In this document: positions 61,101 through 64,000 of the stretch, piece after piece
How the letters are laid out: the number at the start of each line of letters is the position of its first letter
How positions within the stretch are numbered: the first letter of the stretch is position 1
Origin: Phaeosaccion multiseriatum
Lineage: Eukaryota > Protista > Ochrophyta, other classes
Direction: 5' to 3'
Assembly (NCBI GenBank): GCA_965112735.1
Contig: OZ218956.1
Coordinates: forward strand, 3,844,001 to 3,908,000
DNA length: 64,000 nucleotides
The notes under the pieces: generated by a model
The model's input: only the letters and a program-made list of their open reading frames with translations
Database searches by the model: none
Told to the model about the DNA's origin: nothing
Made by a program: the position numbers and the translations under genes

Positions 61101-64000
61101 TTTGGCCGTCTTGTTGGTCTCGTTGTGTACCAAGTCTACCCACAGATGCAATCCCTCCTGCAAGTCGTCCTCCCAGCGGCCTCTGAAGTACCCGAAAGGC
61201 TTGCTGAACTTGAGTGTGCCCTCCCCCCTCCTCCTCCCCTCTGTCCACTCTCCCTCGAAGCTGATGCGCTTCTGTGGGTCGTCTTTGCGGTACCTGCGTG
61301 TGCCTCTCCCCTCCTTGAGCCCGAGCAGCAGCACAGAGTCCCCGAGAGACGTTAGAAGCGTACAGGGGCGAATGCCCGCACCCCCTCCATCCCCTCGACC
61401 CGCCCCCATGCCCTCCACGCTGAGCGGCTTGCCAATCTCGACGTTGTTGCGCAGGAACTGCACAGTCTTGACGCTTGCGTCCATGTCGAGTTCCACGCCC
61501 ACCACATCTCCATCGCCGAAGCCCCCCCCCCCCGTGGGAGAGGAGGAGGGAATGCCCTTGCTGTGCTCGTCGTGACCGAGCTGCAGGGAGGGAGGCGCCT
61601 TGGTGGTGGACATGGCGCTGCCCATATTGCTGCTGCTGCCGGTGCTGATGCTCCGCTCCACCAAGAGCTGCGGAGGCCGTCCACCTGCCTCTCCTTCCCC
61701 ACCCCCCTCTCCCGAACCCCCCGAGGAAGCAGACCCTGGGGGCACAAGCCCGGCGGGTGCTTGCACTTCAGGCTTGCCCTCGGCTCTGTCGCTGAGCACC
61801 TCGTCGCACACGCCCACGCTCGTCCCTCCGCCGCAGCTCAGCACCCGCCACTCCCACAGCCACTTGCCACTCGTGTATCCGAATGGCTGCTTCGTGACGC
61901 CTCCTGCCTTCTCCCCCCCCTTCTCCTCTCCCTCCCCCTCGCCCCCTCCCTTCTCCTCCTCCTCCTCTTCCTCCTCTGGGCTCTGCATGCTCTGCTGCAG
62001 GACCTCGACAGTGACGAGAGCTGGACCCTCTCCACCACTCGCCCCCGCCTCAGAGCCGGAGCCACTGCACCCACCAAAGCCACAGCCCACGCTGTCCGCC
62101 GACAAGCTCACGAAGCGGCAGTTGGGGCCGTTGAGGCGCACGGGAGACACGAAACCGCTCAGCCCCAGGGGGGAGGGGCAGGCGGTTTCCAGCACGCCGT
62201 CTTGCTGCAACTGCTGGAGTTCATGCAGTTGCTGCAACTGCTGAATCTGCTGCAGCTGGAGCAGCTCCTGCACCTTGGCTCGCAGCTCGTTCCGCTTCTC
62301 CCTCTCCTCCAACCTCATGCTCCTCTCCTCTCTCCCACCCCCGCCGCTGACCTCCGTCTCCCCCAGCCCACCGGTAGAGCTGCTGCTGGTGTAGCACCAA
62401 CTGCTGGAGATATCCGCGGCCACGCACCGCCGCGTCAGCCGGACCACGTCAATGCGCATTTGATTGGCGCTGCGATTCGCGCTGGAGCCCAACTTGTCCA
62501 TGAGGGGCAGCTTATGCCTCACTTCCCACTCGCCCTTGAGGCTACCGTCCTCTCCCATAGGTCCGAACTCCCCAGTGAGACGAATGCCCTCCACCCAGCC
62601 CAGCGTGCCGGGGCAGCCCTGCACAAGCTGCCCCACCGTGGCTTGGAGTCTCTGCACGTCGGACTCTGTCTGTGAGGTGAGTGTGGAGGTGAGGCCCTTC
62701 CTCGTCACCTCACCGCTGATGAGGGCGATGGCGGCCTCCTCCGGCCACTCAATGCACCCCTCCACGGCGTTCCCTAACCCCGTCCGACGGTACCTGAGGG
62801 TGAAGGCCTGCGTGCTGCTCCTCACCCAGAAGCCCTGCCCCCCCTGCACAGGGTCGCGGTGAAAGCGGCCGGTGAGCTCCACCACCTCCTGCTCCTCCTC
62901 CTCCTCCTGCCCCTCCCGCTCCGCCTGCTTGGCCTGCCGCTCCTGCTCCTTCTGATCCTTCTGCATCCGTCCCACCCCGGACGTGTGAGCCCCCGGCTCG
63001 AAGCCCACCGCCGTGAGCAGCTCCCATCTCGCCACGTTCTTGAGCAGAGGCACGGGCGAGTCGACAGCGTCCATGTCGGCCCACTCGCAGCCCTTGGCGG
63101 CGCAGGTGGGGTGTGCGAGGGTCCAGTCCTCGACTGCCCGATTGTCGAGCGTCCACAGCCCTACGAGGCCGGTCACGCCCCCCACGGCGAGGAGAGCGTC
63201 CCTGCGCAGCTCCGGCCCGGTCTTGGCCTGGCGCCAGTAGCGCACCTGAGGAGAGAGGCATAAAGGAACAAAGACATGTTGTAGAGGCCGTTAGAAGCGG
63301 CGCGGGGAAGGCCAGATAGAGAGACAGTGGTGCAAGAGAAGACAAGGGGCAGGCAGCAATACAGGCCTTGTGAGTATGAAAGGCGGCTAGTACGCCGCTT
63401 CCCTTCCCTCCCGCCCGCTGCCACCCCCTCACTCACTCACTAACTCACTCCCTCCCTCCCTCCCTCCCTCCTCCCCTCCCTCCCTCTCGCCCTCACCTGC
63501 GCCAGACTGCCGGTGAAGCTGCCCGGGATGGGCACTTGCGCAGCGGTGATGTTGCCTTCCGACAGCCCCAACCCGCTCTCCGCAGCCGCCACCGACAGAG
63601 CCCTCGAGGGGTCGAGGCCGAAGCTGCCGAGGGGCAGACACACATGAGCGGGCACGCTGCCCACCTCCACCCCGTCGGCGAAGAGCGTGACCTTGTACTC
63701 CGGGGTACGCGTGGCCACAAAGGCGAGGTGCACCCAGCGGTCGGTGGGGCACACGTAGTCGAAGGCGCGGTCCTTCTCCCCGGGCATGCCCACAGACACG
63801 CATAGCGCCTCGGGATGCACGAGGCCGTTGTCGTTGTCCTTGTCCTTGTCCTCATCGCCTTCAAAGCTCGCTCCGCTGAAGAGTCTCCCCCCTGCTCTGA
63901 GCTTGATGTGCCCAGAGGGGGAGCTCGCCAGGTACTCAGCAGGGACGCTATCACCTCCAAACTCCACAGACTGCTTCACCAGAGGGACAGTCACTGTCCT
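55307..64000 (-). CDS. Giant HECT E3 ubiquitin ligase with LamG-like, SPRY, MORN-like and SH3b-like modules; 5' end outside window
   Basis: HECT: FYVKFRGEGVDDHGGPYR; FTPEE..LFCGQ; FLWEVL..RFVNFCSGRSRLP; YLPVAQTCFFSLALPRYSS. SPRY: GFKSGVHYWEV; GDRVGVLLDMDRGTLSF; GDVVGVELDMD. LamG-like: WVHLAFV..VTLFADG..FTGSLAQVRYW. Confidence 0.9.

Noticed and set aside
60193-61575. Long antisense ORFs (also 4312-5568, 47978-49501, 51139-52449) as overlapping genes
   Set aside because: Expected shadows of GC-rich low-complexity exons, with no recognisable domains

Overview
GC-rich, intron-containing eukaryotic nuclear DNA. A phytoene synthase gene and signal-peptide+Phe (bipartite plastid-type) leaders point to a photosynthetic stramenopile, possibly a eustigmatophyte (inference). 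Gene order: MABP-DENN protein (-, runs off the left edge); CLPTM1 family (-); a decayed relic, a disrupted copy and a stub of an ankyrin-repeat/tyrosine-kinase-like pseudokinase gene (+); SKA2-like (-); P4-ATPase flippase (-); coiled-coil CaaX protein (+); serine dehydratase (-); Arc1p/AIMP1-type tRNA-binding protein (+); phytoene synthase (-); prefoldin 6 (+); WDR59 (+); an intact inverted copy of the ankyrin-pseudokinase gene (-); and a giant SPRY/HECT ligase (-, runs off the right edge). Main unexplained signals: (1) a dispersed 12-bp motif AGTTGGTGATAC, with 11 exact and 8 one-mismatch copies on both strands, in 5 of 6 reading frames and in non-coding DNA; (2) a 10-bp-unit motif (CCATCCACTG)n whose orientation flips between intron ends; (3) purine-5'/pyrimidine-3' intron polarity; (4) a recently duplicated ankyrin-pseudokinase family whose differences fall on the ankyrin binding surface. 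Exon models and counts were read by eye and may be off by a few bases.
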